Shown here piece by piece: positions 42,536 to 54,048 of a stretch of DNA of 64,000 nucleotides (within the stretch, counting starts at the first letter, position 1; each line of letters starts with the position of its first letter). The notes under the pieces are model-generated. The model was given only the letters and a program-made list of their open reading frames with translations. It searched no databases and had not been told where the DNA came from. Source of the stretch: an uncultured delta proteobacterium (GTDB taxonomy: Bacteria; Myxococcota_A; Polyangia; Polyangiales; Polyangiaceae); NCBI GenBank assembly GCA_963696385.1, contig CAVOKF010000004.1, forward strand, positions 1,107,705 to 1,171,704, written 5' to 3'. A program made the position numbers and the translations under genes.

Positions 42536-43656
42536 ATGTCCGCTTTGGGGAGCACTCTGGACGGGACGGCGATCCCCCGCTTCACCGCTGTCGACGTCTC
42601 CGGTGACGACGACAGTTGGTTCGCCAAGCTGGCATCGGCCTATCTTGCGAAGCGCCTGACGCGCGCCCGTGTGGCCCAGGCTGCCGGCACCGCCACGGAA
42701 TCCGAACGTGCAGAGACAGCGATACGTGCCGCCTGCGTAAAGTGCGCACTGACGGGCGCCGGCTCGGGCACGGTGACCACAGCAGCCGAGCTCTTGACGG
42801 CCGAGTCCGGCGGCTTTGCAGCTCTCGTCACCGTTCCCGTGGCAGCACTGACGATCGGGGGCGAGATGGTTTTCCGCGCGGTCGTGCACCTTGGTCTCGC
42901 ATGCGACCTCGCCGAGATATTCGGCGTGCCTTTCGATGCCCGGGACCGCACCGCGTTCTGGCGCCTCTGTGCCCTCGCCTTCCGCGTGCCCTCTGACGGC
43001 GGCGGGCGGCCGACCTGGGACAGCAGCTCGTGAAGCGGATGCTGCAACCCGACGAGGACATCGGCTCCAGCATCGGCTCGATGCTGCTCAGCGAGAGCCT
43101 CCTGCGCAACATCGTGCCGGTCGTGGCACCGGTGACGTCCTCGCTGGCGAACTGGAGGATGACCCGCAGGCTCGGCGACACGGTCACGAGGTACATGCGC
43201 TACCACCGCGCGTTTCGTGACGAGATGTTGGAAGTCGGCTCTCGTTGCGCCGCGCATTTCGGCCTGCTCGCCGAGGGGCTCTGGTTTCTCTTCAGCGCCG
43301 ACGGACGTCTGAGCCCGGAAGAGACCGGCGTGCTCGCGTATCTCGTCAGGCTCCTCCCTTCCGACGAGCGCGCTGTCGTGATGGCAAGGTTCGTCGAGGA
43401 CGAGTACGGATGGATGCAGCGACTCGCCGAGCTCCCGGAGAACGAGCGCGACGACTTCTTTCAAGCGCTCGAGATCGCGGCGACCGTCGACACGGTCGTC
43501 ACGCTGCCCGAGCGCCGGATCCTGCGCGGCGCCGCGCGCGCTCTCCGACGGAGTTACGACGACGCGCGCATCGCCCAGATGGTCAAGGACTTCGGCGATG
43601 TGGGTGTGCTGCGAGCCGAAAAAGGGGCGCGGGCAAGGCAGGCCGGTCGTGGGTGA
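42536..43656 (+). pseudogene. Hypothetical membrane protein with TerB-like C-terminus, frameshifted near 42990
   Basis: Two abutting ORFs; ADGRLSPEE and VDTVVTLPERRIL TerB-like motifs. Confidence 0.55.
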
Positions 43657-44197
43657 CGACGGACTGCCGCTCGATCGGTGGGCGAATTTTTACGTCATCA
43701 CGTCGACGGCAGCTGCAACCCTCGTCGGGCTGCTCTTCGTGGTCATCACCCTAGCAGCCGAACGCGCGCCTGCCAGTCAGGCAGGTAAGATCCGTCTGTA
43801 CCTCACTCCTACCGTCGTCTACTTGGCGTCGGTGCTGTACTTCGCCGCTGCGCTGGCGTTCCCCACTCAGTCGCGGCTATCGACAGCCATCTGCTGTTGC
43901 CTCGGGGGTGCGGCCGGCGTCGTCTACCCGCTCTCCATGCTCTTCCACAGCGGCGGTGCCAGTCGATTCTACGAGCGCGCAGACGTGTTCTACTACGTTG
44001 TGTCGCCCGCAGCCGCATACGCTCTGGTCATCGTAGGCGGCGCGATGCTGATGCATACACCGCAGCGCGGCCTGACTGTCGTGGCCGTCGGCGTGTTCGC
44101 GTTCATCGTGATCGGCCTACGCAATGCGTGGGCGATCGTCGTGGATCTCGTGGCCCGGCGCCATTTCGGGAAGGAGGCCGACGATCGCGAGCGTTAG
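43598..44197 (+). CDS. Hypothetical membrane protein (true start probably near 43649)
   Basis: WANFYVITSTAAATLVGLLFVVITL...GLRNAW. Confidence 0.7.
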   Translation: MWVCCEPKKGRGQGRPVVGDDGLPLDRWANFYVITSTAAATLVGLLFVVITLAAERAPASQAGKIRLYLTPTVVYLASVLYFAAALAFPTQSRLSTAICCCLGGAAGVVYPLSMLFHSGGASRFYERADVFYYVVSPAAAYALVIVGGAMLMHTPQRGLTVVAVGVFAFIVIGLRNAWAIVVDLVARRHFGKEADDRER

Positions 44198-44198
44198 C

Positions 44199-46115
44199 CT
44201 GAAGTTCCTGAACCAAAATCGCCGAAGTTCGCGATCTTGCTGTGGAATCGGCAAAATTGACCCGAAATGTAGGCATGTAAACAGATAGAAATAGCTTTCC
44301 ATTATCGATTCGATGTGCATGATGCGGAGGCATGTACATCGCAACCGTGCCGAACCGCGGCTCTCCACCGGCGATCCTGCTGCGCGAGTCGTATCGAGAG
44401 GGCGGACGGGTCAAGTCGCGCACGCTGGCGAACCTGTCGTCGTTGACGGAAAAGCAGGTGGAGGGGATGCGGCGAGCGCTCCGCGGGGAGCCCTTGTTTG
44501 GCCCGGACGGGCCGATCCGAAAGGTGCGCGACCAAAGCCACGGTGCGGTCGACGCCGTTCGGCAAGTCATTCGCAAGTTGGGGCTCGAGGTCCTCATCGA
44601 CCGACAACCAAGCCGCCAGCGCGATCTGGTGATGGCCCTGTTGGTGGCGCGCATCACCGATGCCCAGAGCAAGCTCGCGACGACGAGGGCCTGGAAGACC
44701 ACGACCCTGCCCGAAGACCTCGGGATCGCGGATGCGACCGAAGATGACCTGTACGACGCCATGGATTGGCTCTTCGAGCGGCAGGACGCGATCGAGAAGA
44801 AGTTGGCGACGCGTCACCTGCGCCAGCAAGGGTTGGTGCTCTACGATCTGTCATCGAGCTATTTTGAAGGACACCAATGTCCGCTTGCCAAGTTCGGATA
44901 CAACCGCGATGGCAAGAAGGGCAAGCTGCAGGTCAACTATGGCCTTCTCACCGATGAACGGGGCTGTCCCATTGCGGTCCAGGTTTACGAGGGAAACGCA
45001 TCCGATTCGACGACGCTCCTCGACCAGGTGGAGCGTGTTCGATCCGACTTCGGGATTGACGGATTCGTGATTGTGGGTGACCGCGGGATGATCACGGAGA
45101 AACAGATTTCGTCGCTTCGCAAAACCGGTGGGATGACCTGGGTTACCGCGCTCAAGAGCGGTCGCATTCGATCCCTCGTGCACTCGGGCGTTCTGCAACT
45201 CGGACTCTTCGACGAACGCAATCTGTTTTCCGTGCGGGACCCAAAACTTGCCGGTGAGCGGTTGATCGCATGCAAGAACCACGATCTCGCACGATTGCGC
45301 GCACACAAGCGCCAGAGCCTTGTCGACGCGACACGCAAAGAACTCGACGCGGTGCAGAGAATTGTGGCTCGCGGAAAGCTGGTGGGCAAAGCAGCGATCG
45401 GGCTACGGATCGGAAAAGTGATCAACAAGCATAAGGTGGCCAAGCACTTCTTACTCGAAATCCATGATTCCACATTCGAGTATCGCCTCCGCGAGGATCG
45501 CATCGCAGAGGAGGCAGCACTCGACGGCGTATACGTGATTCGTACGTCCTTGAGCCAAGAGTCGACCAGCGACGAACAGGCCGTTCGCCATTACAAGAAG
45601 CTCGCGAATGTCGAACGCGCATTCCGATCCATCAAGACGATCGACTTGAAGGTGCGCCCCATTCACCACCACTTGGAAAACCGAGTCCGAGCGCACATCT
45701 TCCTGTGCACGCTCGCTTTCTACGTGGAGTGGCACATGCGCGAAGCGTGGCGACCGGTCCTCTTCTCGGACGAGGACCAGGCTGCCAAGAACACGAGAGA
45801 CCCGGTCGCGCCGGCCACCCGGTCGCCCGGTGCACTCGATAAGGTCGCCACCAAGCGAAGCGAGGACGGGGCGCCCGTCCACAGCTTCCGTACCCTTCTC
45901 GCCGATCTCGCCACGATCACCCGAAGCACCTTCGCGCCCGTCGGAGCCGACAACGAAGGCCAGACTTTCACCATGCTGACCGTCCCGTCACCCGAGCAAG
46001 CGAGAGCCCTCCAGCTACTTGAAGCCATCGCCGTGTAGGCAGTAACTCAGGCCGCGATTTCGACGGGTCCAGGGAAAATAGGCCGAATTGTGTCCCGGCG
46101 GGCGGGGAACTTCAG
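44199..46115 (+). mobile_element. IS1634 family element
   Basis: IRs CTGAAGTTCC / GGAACTTCAG; 6-bp TSD GTTAGC. Confidence 0.93.
44332..46038 (+). CDS. IS1634 transposase
   Basis: LYDLSSSYFEG, GYNRDGK, VGDRGM, YKKLANVERAFR, RPIHH. Confidence 0.93.
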   Translation: MYIATVPNRGSPPAILLRESYREGGRVKSRTLANLSSLTEKQVEGMRRALRGEPLFGPDGPIRKVRDQSHGAVDAVRQVIRKLGLEVLIDRQPSRQRDLVMALLVARITDAQSKLATTRAWKTTTLPEDLGIADATEDDLYDAMDWLFERQDAIEKKLATRHLRQQGLVLYDLSSSYFEGHQCPLAKFGYNRDGKKGKLQVNYGLLTDERGCPIAVQVYEGNASDSTTLLDQVERVRSDFGIDGFVIVGDRGMITEKQISSLRKTGGMTWVTALKSGRIRSLVHSGVLQLGLFDERNLFSVRDPKLAGERLIACKNHDLARLRAHKRQSLVDATRKELDAVQRIVARGKLVGKAAIGLRIGKVINKHKVAKHFLLEIHDSTFEYRLREDRIAEEAALDGVYVIRTSLSQESTSDEQAVRHYKKLANVERAFRSIKTIDLKVRPIHHHLENRVRAHIFLCTLAFYVEWHMREAWRPVLFSDEDQAAKNTRDPVAPATRSPGALDKVATKRSEDGAPVHSFRTLLADLATITRSTFAPVGADNEGQTFTMLTVPSPEQARALQLLEAIAV

Positions 46116-46150
46116 GTTAGCCCGAGGCGCACGCGGCGGCGCTGCTGCGT

Positions 46151-47110
46151 TCAACGGTACGCTGCCTCGCTCGCGAGGTACTGGAGGTCGTGCGACATGA
46201 GATTCGCGACCTCGCTCACCGAGCTCAACATGTCCGCGCGGTGAGTGAGACCGTCCGCGTCGTATGTGCCTCCGTCTCCGAAATAGAGGGCCACGAGCCC
46301 GGGCGCAGGGTGCGCAGCGTCGTCCCCGAGCCAACCCGATTCCTTCCAGCCCTGAACGAGGTAGTCCCGCCGCGAGCGCTCGCGGTTCTCCGTGAGCTCG
46401 GGGCGACTCAGGTATGCCCATACCGACTCGGGGAAGTCGGAGTGTGCGTCGCCTCGCCACACCTGGCCGAGGATGTCGCGCGGGTGCCGGAAGGTGGTCG
46501 TGCGGTGCACTTGGAGCGTCGCAACGCCGAAGGTACCCGCGGCGACGCCGCCCCCGATGCCCACCACGCCCGCGGGCGTCTGGTTCTTTTCGGAGATCGC
46601 GAGAACGCCCCCGGCGATGGCCGTTCCCGCGCTCAGCACCAGCGAATACGCCGTGAGCCTGCGAGTCTGGCGCTCCTCGGCATCGCGTAGCTCGGCCGCG
46701 ACGTGATTGGCACGCCCTTCCTCGCAGTCGATGTTGGCTACGACGCTCGACACGTCGAGCATGGCGACGGCGATGACGTCATTCACCTGTCCGCGCAAGT
46801 CGGCGGTCTCCGCCCGGGGTGAGCCGCGAGCCTCCGCCTCCGCGAGCCGCTCGAGCGGATCGAGCGCCCCGATCCAGCGAGCGGTATCGATGGCGCGCGG
46901 CGTGTACCCACGCACCTCGACGGCGTGCGTTGTCGGGCTCGCCACATCGGGAGTCGGAAACGCGCCGGGGCGGAGCGGCAGCGGCGACGCACAGTAGGTC
47001 CCTTCTCGCAGGCTGCGCGCGAGCATGGGCTCCGGGCCGAGAACGCACGAGGTGGTGAGGAGCAGCGCGACTGCACAGGTCGAGCGGACGGGCAGATCCA
47101 TGGCGAGCAT
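46151..47110 (-). CDS. Hypothetical lipoprotein/membrane protein
   Basis: ALLLTTSC lipobox-like segment; two glycine-rich TM segments. Confidence 0.6.
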   Translation of the reverse strand: MLAMDLPVRSTCAVALLLTTSCVLGPEPMLARSLREGTYCASPLPLRPGAFPTPDVASPTTHAVEVRGYTPRAIDTARWIGALDPLERLAEAEARGSPRAETADLRGQVNDVIAVAMLDVSSVVANIDCEEGRANHVAAELRDAEERQTRRLTAYSLVLSAGTAIAGGVLAISEKNQTPAGVVGIGGGVAAGTFGVATLQVHRTTTFRHPRDILGQVWRGDAHSDFPESVWAYLSRPELTENRERSRRDYLVQGWKESGWLGDDAAHPAPGLVALYFGDGGTYDADGLTHRADMLSSVSEVANLMSHDLQYLASEAAYR

Positions 47111-47481
47111 TGGGAAGGTCTGCCATCCGGCACAGTCAAGCGCGAGCCCACTGTTCCGGGAAACCCCGTCGCACGGCCGGTCCTGGAGCCAATTCGCAGG
47201 TCGCATCCTGACACGTCACCCGGCCCGACCGTCGATCCCGACGACGGGCGCCGATGGAACGCCTCGTTCGTCATTGCTAAGTGCGCGCGGTGCTGCGCTA
47301 CCCAGGCGACGGAGGCGGGGGGCGCAACCTGGCGAGCGACGGTGCCAGCTGCGACCTGGTTGTCCGACAGGCGAAGAGACCTTCCTCTCCAGGCGGTGAG
47401 CCTCGCGGCCTGGCCTGCGGCCAGGATGAAAGAGCCGAAGGAGCGCTTGAAATTCCGCCTCAGGCGCGTGAAGGTTCCCCG

Positions 47482-48399
47482 ATGTCGAGCGATCCGCTCT
47501 CCGACGTTCTCCGCCTGACCGAGGCGCGCTCGGTGGTGTCCGGCGGCTACGCGGTGGGTGGCGCTTGGGGATTCCACACGGCAGCGCCGGGCTTGGTGTC
47601 CTTCGCGGCGATCGCTCGCGGCACGTGCTGGGGGCGCCTTGATGGGGCGAAGGAGGCGACGCGGCTCGAGGCCGGGGACGTCGGGCTGCTCTCGGGTCGC
47701 GACGGGTGGACGATTGGGAGTAGCCCCACCGCGCCGGCCATCGACGTCACCCACCACGAGAAAGAGAGCTCCGGCATCGTCCAGCTAGGCCCGAGGTGCG
47801 ACTGCGTCGTGATCTTCGGGCGGGTGGCGCTGAATCCATCGAGTGCGGCGCTGCTCACGGAAGTGCTGCCCGCGTCCGTGCTCGTCCGTGCATCCTCGAC
47901 GAGCGCTCCTTCGCTACGGTGGCTCATCGAGGCGCTGCTCGCGGAGCAGACGTCGAGCACCCCAGGCGCGAGCGTCGCGTCGGAAAAGCTCGCCGAGCTC
48001 ATCTTCGTGCAGATCCTCCGCGAGGAACTCGATGCCGCGACGCTTCCGCCCGGCTGGCTCCGCGCCATGCGCGACCAGCGAATCGTCCGGGCTCTGCGCG
48101 CCATGCACGAGGACCCGGCTCGAGCCTGGACGCTGGACGAACTCGCCACGGAGGCGGCGATGTCGCGCACCCGCTTTGCGGTGGCCTTCAAGGCCACCGC
48201 TGGCGTCGCGCCCCTCACCTACCTCACCGAGTGGCGCATGCGCCTAGCGCAGCGCGCGCTCCGCGACGAGGCGACGCCCATCCGCCAGCTCGCCGAGACC
48301 TTCGGCTACGCGTCGGAGAGTGCGTTCAGCAGCGCCTTCAAGCGGGTGGTCGGGGTCTCGCCGCGCGACTTCCGCAGTATCCCGCCCACCGACACCTGA
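47482..48399 (+). CDS. AraC family regulator with cupin_6 domain
   Basis: DPLSDVL...WTLDELA..AMSRTRF...GYASESAFS. Confidence 0.9.
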   Translation: MSSDPLSDVLRLTEARSVVSGGYAVGGAWGFHTAAPGLVSFAAIARGTCWGRLDGAKEATRLEAGDVGLLSGRDGWTIGSSPTAPAIDVTHHEKESSGIVQLGPRCDCVVIFGRVALNPSSAALLTEVLPASVLVRASSTSAPSLRWLIEALLAEQTSSTPGASVASEKLAELIFVQILREELDAATLPPGWLRAMRDQRIVRALRAMHEDPARAWTLDELATEAAMSRTRFAVAFKATAGVAPLTYLTEWRMRLAQRALRDEATPIRQLAETFGYASESAFSSAFKRVVGVSPRDFRSIPPTDT

Positions 48400-48473
48400 A
48401 GTTGGAACGCTGGCGCGAGTCTTCGGTACGCCCGCGCATTCCGGTACGGGAGCCCGGGCGACATCATTCGTCC

Positions 48474-49505
48474 ATGCGAGTGTTCATCACCGGAGGCGCG
48501 GGCTGGGTCGGTTCGGAGGTCATCCGCCAGCTCGTCAAGGGAGGTCACGACGTCACCGCGCTCGTGCGGAGCGTCCCTGGCGTCGAGAAGGTGACCAACA
48601 GCGGCGCCCGGGCGCTCGAGGGCAATCTCACGGACACTGGGATACTGCGCGCCGCCGCTGAGGAAGCCGACGCGGTGATCCACTGCGCCTTCAACCATGC
48701 CTTCTCCGGGCTCGACATGATGGGGATGATCGCCGTGCGCCTCTCGGGGATCGCGGGGTTCGCCCGGATCTCGCCAGCGGCTCGCCTCGACCTGAACGCG
48801 ATCGAGGCGCTCCTCGACGGCATCGCCGCGAGCACCTCGCCCACGAAGGCCCTCGTCTCGACCTCAGGCATCGCATGCATAGCGCCCGGCCGAGTTGGCA
48901 CCGAGGACCTGCCGGCCAGCCCGAGGGCCTCGGCAGCCTGGCGCGTCGCGAGCGAGCGGCTCGCTCTCTCGGGCCCGAGCAGTGGGGTGCGCACTGCCGT
49001 GGTGCGCCTGCCTCCGTCCGTCCACGGCGTGGGCGACAAGGGCTTCGTCCGCATGTACGTGGACCTCGCGCGCAAGAAGGGGGTCTCGGCCTGGGTGGGA
49101 GCAGGCGAGGGGCGCTGGTCGGCTGTACACCGCGATGACGCGGCAGCGCTCTATTGCCTCGCGGTCGAGGGCCTGGCGAATGGTGCCGTCCCCGGCGGCA
49201 CGGTGCTCCATGGCGTGGCCGATGAGGGGATTCCGTTCCGAGACATCGCGACCACCATCGGCGAGCGCCTCGGCCTCGGGCCGGCCTCGCCAGCTCCGCG
49301 CGGCCACTTCCCGATGTTCCTGCGCTTGGTCGCGGCGCAGGACGCGCCGGCGACTTCGGACATCACGCGGAAGCTCACAGGCTGGCGCTCAACGCGCCCC
49401 GGCCTCCTCGACGACGTACGCAGCGGCGCGTACGGAAGCCTTGCCGCAAGCCCGAGTGACGGCGGCGCCGGTGTCCCGCGTTCGAGCGTCGCCAACTCGC
49501 TGTGA
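48474..49505 (+). CDS. NAD-dependent epimerase/dehydratase (extended SDR)
   Basis: MRVFITGGAGWVG, VIHCAF, VRLPPSVHG, AVHRDDAA. Confidence 0.88.
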   Translation: MRVFITGGAGWVGSEVIRQLVKGGHDVTALVRSVPGVEKVTNSGARALEGNLTDTGILRAAAEEADAVIHCAFNHAFSGLDMMGMIAVRLSGIAGFARISPAARLDLNAIEALLDGIAASTSPTKALVSTSGIACIAPGRVGTEDLPASPRASAAWRVASERLALSGPSSGVRTAVVRLPPSVHGVGDKGFVRMYVDLARKKGVSAWVGAGEGRWSAVHRDDAAALYCLAVEGLANGAVPGGTVLHGVADEGIPFRDIATTIGERLGLGPASPAPRGHFPMFLRLVAAQDAPATSDITRKLTGWRSTRPGLLDDVRSGAYGSLAASPSDGGAGVPRSSVANSL

Positions 49506-49739
49506 AGGCCGCGCCGCCCGTGACGGCCAAGCGCGCCACAGTGAGGCATATCCGCTTCGATCTTCACGCCCGGATGTTTGTCGCCGGGCAGAAGCTCAAG
49601 GTGCGCTTTACCCCAAGAGCTTTACGCGACGAGGCGCGAGCGACCGATAGATCGCCTGGTCCGAACCTTGCATTGGCTCCCCACGCGACATGTACCGACG
49701 TGTGTAGCCGCCACATTGCGGCATCAGGTGGGTGGTAGA

Positions 49740-50582
49740 ATGCGAACAGCCGCGGCAAAGAGCGAACTCGCGCGAGACGACGCAGAAGGCAGCGTTCTCC
49801 CCGCGAACCTGCCGGGAGTGGAAGTGGTCGAGCGCAATCGGATTTCAACTGCGAAAGAAGGAATCACGGAGGCCTATACGATCGCGCTCAAGACTGAGGC
49901 CACGTGCGTCACACGCGCCCGGTACCGACGTCGACACTACGAGGGCATCGGGTTTGTGCTGATGGAACCCGGGGAAACGTTCACAGTGGCTCCGACGGAC
50001 CTGCCGACGTCGAGTCGCGTCCTATGCCTGGACCCGACGCTTGTTTCACAAATTGCGCTCCAGCACTGCGGACGAGAGACCGACATTCACTGGCGCGTAT
50101 TCCAGGCGCATGCGCCGTCCCTGAGAGCAGAAATGTTCGCCATGATAGCGGCGCTCCCTGCACTTTCCTGCCTTGACGCCCAAGCACGGCTGTCATGCTT
50201 CATTGGGACGCTCATCACGCGGTTTGCGGAGCCGGCAGCAGGCACGAAGGATGACCACGCGCCAATGGTTGGTATTGGCCGCGCGCGCGACCTGTTGCAT
50301 GCGCGGTCCAGCGAGGCGGTAACGCTCGACGACCTTGTCCGGGCGGCCGAATGCAGCACGACGCAACGGTTGATTCGAGGCTTCCGAAGGGCGTTCGGCT
50401 TCACGCCGCATCAGTACCTTACACACCTCCGTCTTCAGCGAGCACGCGATCTACTTAGGCGCGGTTGCGACTGCGGAGAAACGGCACACGCTGTTGGGTT
50501 CTATGACCAGAGCCAACTGAACCGCCACTTCGTAAAGCACCTCGGGGTCACACCCGGGACATACGCGAGGGATGTGAGCTAA
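49740..50582 (+). CDS. AraC family transcriptional regulator
   Basis: FRRAFGFTPHQY...VGFYDQSQLNRHF..GVTPG. Confidence 0.88.
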   Translation: MRTAAAKSELARDDAEGSVLPANLPGVEVVERNRISTAKEGITEAYTIALKTEATCVTRARYRRRHYEGIGFVLMEPGETFTVAPTDLPTSSRVLCLDPTLVSQIALQHCGRETDIHWRVFQAHAPSLRAEMFAMIAALPALSCLDAQARLSCFIGTLITRFAEPAAGTKDDHAPMVGIGRARDLLHARSSEAVTLDDLVRAAECSTTQRLIRGFRRAFGFTPHQYLTHLRLQRARDLLRRGCDCGETAHAVGFYDQSQLNRHFVKHLGVTPGTYARDVS

Positions 50583-50657
50583 CGAGCGCAGACTGGTCGG
50601 CGCCTCCGTTCGATCACCGGCGAACGGCAGTCAGGTGGGCGGTGAACCGTCTGTGGC

Positions 50658-51502
50658 TGATCTTCACCCGCTCCGGTGGACAGCGTGACTATGCCGCAAT
50701 CGCCGCGACTCGTGCCCTCAATTCGAATTCGATCGGACTGACGTAGTCGAGATGCGAGTGGAGCCGCGCGACGTTCTAGAAAGCTCGACGCAGCCGCCAA
50801 TCGACGTCTGCGCTTGCTGGCGCGTCGCGTACCGTTCGTCGTCGACGAGCTCGGCGCATAGGGTCGCGGAGAAGCGCTCAGCGACGGCATCGTCCCAGCA
50901 ATCACCTTTTCGGCATGCTCCGGATTGTCGCGTGCGACGTGAGTGCGCGGCGGTAATCGTCGCTGGCGTGGGGGGCTGCCGCGGTCGGTGTGGTGCACGA
51001 GACGACAAGCACGAAGCGGCGAGCGCGCACGGCGCCGTCGAGCGGGCGCAGAGCGAGGACCGTGTCGTTCGTTGCACTTATCGCCCAGCCGACGGCGCGA
51101 GTAGAGGTCGAGCAGCACTGCGAGGTACGCCCATCCCTCGTCGGTCGCGATGTACGTAATGTCGCCCGCCCAAGCCATGTTCGGCGCCGCAGGAGTGAAG
51201 TCGCGCTCGATGATTTTTGGCGCGATCGGGTTCCCATTTCGACGCGGCGCGCATTTCGCCCAAGTCGAACCGATTGTGCGGTCCTACTACTCCTCCTGCG
51301 TGAGCGCGTGGCGAGTGCGCGTCGACGACCGATGGGAGATGGCGAACATGCGAGCGAGACTACACCTGGACGGCCACCGCAACGGTGGCGATCGGACCTC
51401 AAGCGGTCCTCGCTACTCCGGACATTGGAAGGCGGAGGGTCGCTTCCGCGGATGGTCCTCCCGGCGAGATGGAGTGTCTACATATGACCCGATGCGCCTG
51501 CA
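50658..51502 (-). mobile_element. Degenerate, internally deleted IS3-family element
   Basis: WAGDITYIATDEGWAYLAVLLDLYSR, HHTDRGS, GDCWDDAVAE across frames; TG...CA-type ends. Confidence 0.8.
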
Positions 51503-51520
51503 CCCGTGGAGTCGTACTCA

Positions 51521-52402
51521 ATGAAGCTCATGACTCCGAAAACAATCCTCGCAGTCGGCGCAGCTGGACAGTTTGCCGGCCTCGCCGTGGCAGCGCTGAG
51601 CCAGCGAGGCGCGAGGGTCCGAGGCCTTGTTCGAAACGCCGCACAAGGGAGTGAGGCGCAGCGACTCGGAGCGGCAGAGGTAGTAATCGGCGATCTGCGC
51701 GATCTTCGTAGCGTGGATGCGGCGCTCGCCGGCGTCGACGCGGTCTTCTACATCGCGCCCGCATTTCTCCCAGACGAGGCAGAGGTCGGGAAGCGCTTCG
51801 TAGACGCGGTAGTGCGTTCCGGCGCGCGGCGTATCGTTTTCTCCTCGGTCATTCATCCGGTGCTCGCGGAGCTCGTGAATCACGCGGCGAAGGCGCCCGT
51901 CGAGGCGGCGATCCTCGACTCAGGCCTGGAGTACGCCCTTCTCCATCCGGCGCTCTACTTCCAGAACTACGCCCGCGCGTGGCCGAAGGTGGTCGAGACC
52001 GGAGTGCTCGGCGAGCCCTGGTCTGCCGAGAGCCGGTTCTCGCGTGTCGACTACCGCGATGTGGCGGACGTCGCCGCGATCGCGCTCGTCGAAGACCGGC
52101 TCCTATGTGGAACGTTCGAGCTGTGCGCTGACGGCAAGCTGAACCGGGAGGATGTCGCGGGGTTGATCGCCGACGTCACCAGGCGCGAGATCCGCGCCGT
52201 CAGGATCGATCCCGACACGCTCGGTGACGAAGCCGACGCGATGCGACCGATGTTCGCCCACTACGACCACCATGGCTTGGTCGGGAGCGCGCTCACGCTC
52301 CACGCCATTCTGGGCCGCGAGCCCCGGACGCTTCGCGCTTACTTCGAAGAGCTCGCTCGGGAGAGCGAGCGTGGAACCAAGGCGCCTCACCGCGCTAGCT
52401 GA
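51521..52402 (+). CDS. NmrA family NAD(P)-binding protein
   Basis: ILAVGAAGQFAG, GDL, FSSVIHP, VDYRDVA. Confidence 0.85.
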   Translation: MKLMTPKTILAVGAAGQFAGLAVAALSQRGARVRGLVRNAAQGSEAQRLGAAEVVIGDLRDLRSVDAALAGVDAVFYIAPAFLPDEAEVGKRFVDAVVRSGARRIVFSSVIHPVLAELVNHAAKAPVEAAILDSGLEYALLHPALYFQNYARAWPKVVETGVLGEPWSAESRFSRVDYRDVADVAAIALVEDRLLCGTFELCADGKLNREDVAGLIADVTRREIRAVRIDPDTLGDEADAMRPMFAHYDHHGLVGSALTLHAILGREPRTLRAYFEELARESERGTKAPHRAS

Positions 52403-52418
52403 AGGAAAGGCTGCCAAC

Positions 52419-53159
52419 ATGAAGACCGGTCGCGTTGTTGTCGTCACTGGGGCCGCCGGGGGAATGGGTGCGCTCATCGTTCGCCGCTTTCTCTCCAACG
52501 GCGATGCTGTCATCGCAACCGACACCGAGGAGAGCGCGCTCGCGCGGCTCCGCGTGGCCGAAGGGCACGGGGGCAAGCTCCTCACGTTCGCAGGCGATAT
52601 CGCGAAGGAAGAAGACTGCGATCGACTCGCCGCGTTCGCCCGGTGAGAGGTCGGTCAGGTCGACGTGCTCGTCAACTGCGCCGGGTTCTTCCCGGTCCGC
52701 GCCTCCGAACAGATCACCGCCGCGGACTGGAAGAAGGTAATCGACATCAACCTCACCGGCGTCTTCTTCATGACCAAGGCGGTCCTTCCCCTGATGAAGG
52801 GGCGAGGATGGGGTCGGATCATCAACGTCGGCTCCGGCTCGATGTTCGACGGTGTTGGCGAGCAGGTCCACTACGTCGCGGCGAAGGCTGGCGTTGTCGG
52901 CTTCGCGCGCTCTTTGGCGCGTGCCGTCGGAGCAGACGGTATCACCGTCAACACGATGACTCCCGGCCTTACCGTCACCCCGCGCGTGAAGGAGCTCATT
53001 CCTAAGGCGCTCCTGGACGAACAGATCGCGACCCGCGCCATCAAGCGCGAGGAGGTTCCGGAGGATGTTGTGGGCTCGGTGTCCTTCCTCGCATCGCCCG
53101 ACGCCGACTTCATCTCGGGTCAGACGCTGAACGTCGACGGCGGCAAGCACATGGGCTGA
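52419..53159 (+). pseudogene. SDR oxidoreductase, frameshift near 52645
   Basis: TGAAGGMG in one frame; NCAG..YVAAKAG..VDGG in another. Confidence 0.85.
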
Positions 53160-53211
53160 GCAAGAACCAACGTTGCTCACGTCACCACCAGTCAAGCGGA
53201 AGGAAACCATC

Positions 53212-53531
53212 ATGAAATCGGCCCATTTCAAGCCGGAGACGAGCGCACTCGTCTTGATCGACCACCAAGTCGGCACGTTGCAGCTCGTGAAAAACCTGCC
53301 TTCCGACGTGTCTCTTCGCAACACCGTCAACCTCGGAAAGGCGGCGAAGGCGCTCGGCATGCCGGTCGTGATGACGTGTAGCCAAGAGGACCGCATCCAA
53401 GGGCCGATCGCGCCATCGCTTCAGCGTGTCCTTCCCGAGGCGTACGAGAAACGCATCCGACGACAGGGCGTCGTCAACGCGTGAAGCGATCCGAAGTTCC
53501 GGCAAGCTGTTGTGGACACCGGCCGAAAGCT
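53212..53531 (+). pseudogene. YcaC-like isochorismatase hydrolase, nonsense codon and truncated at site I
   Basis: ALVLIDHQ...VNA*SDPKFRQAV..TGRK (TGA where the conserved W is expected). Confidence 0.8.
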
Positions 53532-53642
53532 CAAATCGGTTCGCCGATTCAGCGATAACGAACGCCCCTAAGACGCGATATGTTTCCGCGCCCGCCTCCG
53601 CGGGCTCTTCGTCGACCGACGTGCTTTGGGTTTACTACTCGC
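53532..53642 (+). repeat. dif-like repeat, site I (core 53561-53588, spacer GACGCG)
   Basis: Full-length copy, near-identical to site G. Confidence 0.88.
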
Positions 53643-53665
53643 TCGGCGCCGCCATTCTCGCTCAG

Positions 53666-53902
53666 ATGGCGAGCGATCCCGACAAGGCGTGGGTCGGGGT
53701 GGGATGGCGTCAGTACATGCACTGGTTCGCCGACGTCGAACAACGCTTGACGTCGGGCGCGACGACGGCTCGCGCCCTGATTCGAGCGGCAGAAAAGAAC
53801 TGGCTGACGCTCGAAGAGAACGACGTGTTCATGGAGGAGAAGACGAACGACGGCGAGTGGCTACGGCCATGGCTCCGCGCCGTCGTCGAGTTCAACAAGT
53901 AG
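53666..53902 (+). CDS. Small hypothetical protein or 3' gene fragment
   Basis: 78-aa ORF directly after site I. Confidence 0.35.
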   Translation: MASDPDKAWVGVGWRQYMHWFADVEQRLTSGATTARALIRAAEKNWLTLEENDVFMEEKTNDGEWLRPWLRAVVEFNK

Positions 53903-54048
53903 AGCTTGAGGCCGCCCCGGCTCGATGGTGGAGACGCGTCGCAAGCGGTGCTCTCGTTCGGCGTCGTCCCGGTCCCCACGCACGCGCCGCACGGGAGCAT
54001 GGCCGCGGGTGGCGCTTGGGGGACGGCGCGACGAGACCCGAATGACGA

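Noticed and set aside
27938..53642. The ~110-bp repeats as a CRISPR array
   Set aside because: The copies are kilobases apart, in both orientations, with no regular spacers and no cas genes.
27938..53642. The repeats as integron attC sites
   Set aside because: There is no consistent RYYYAAC...GTTRRRY pairing or full-length palindrome, orientation is mixed, and no IntI is in the window.
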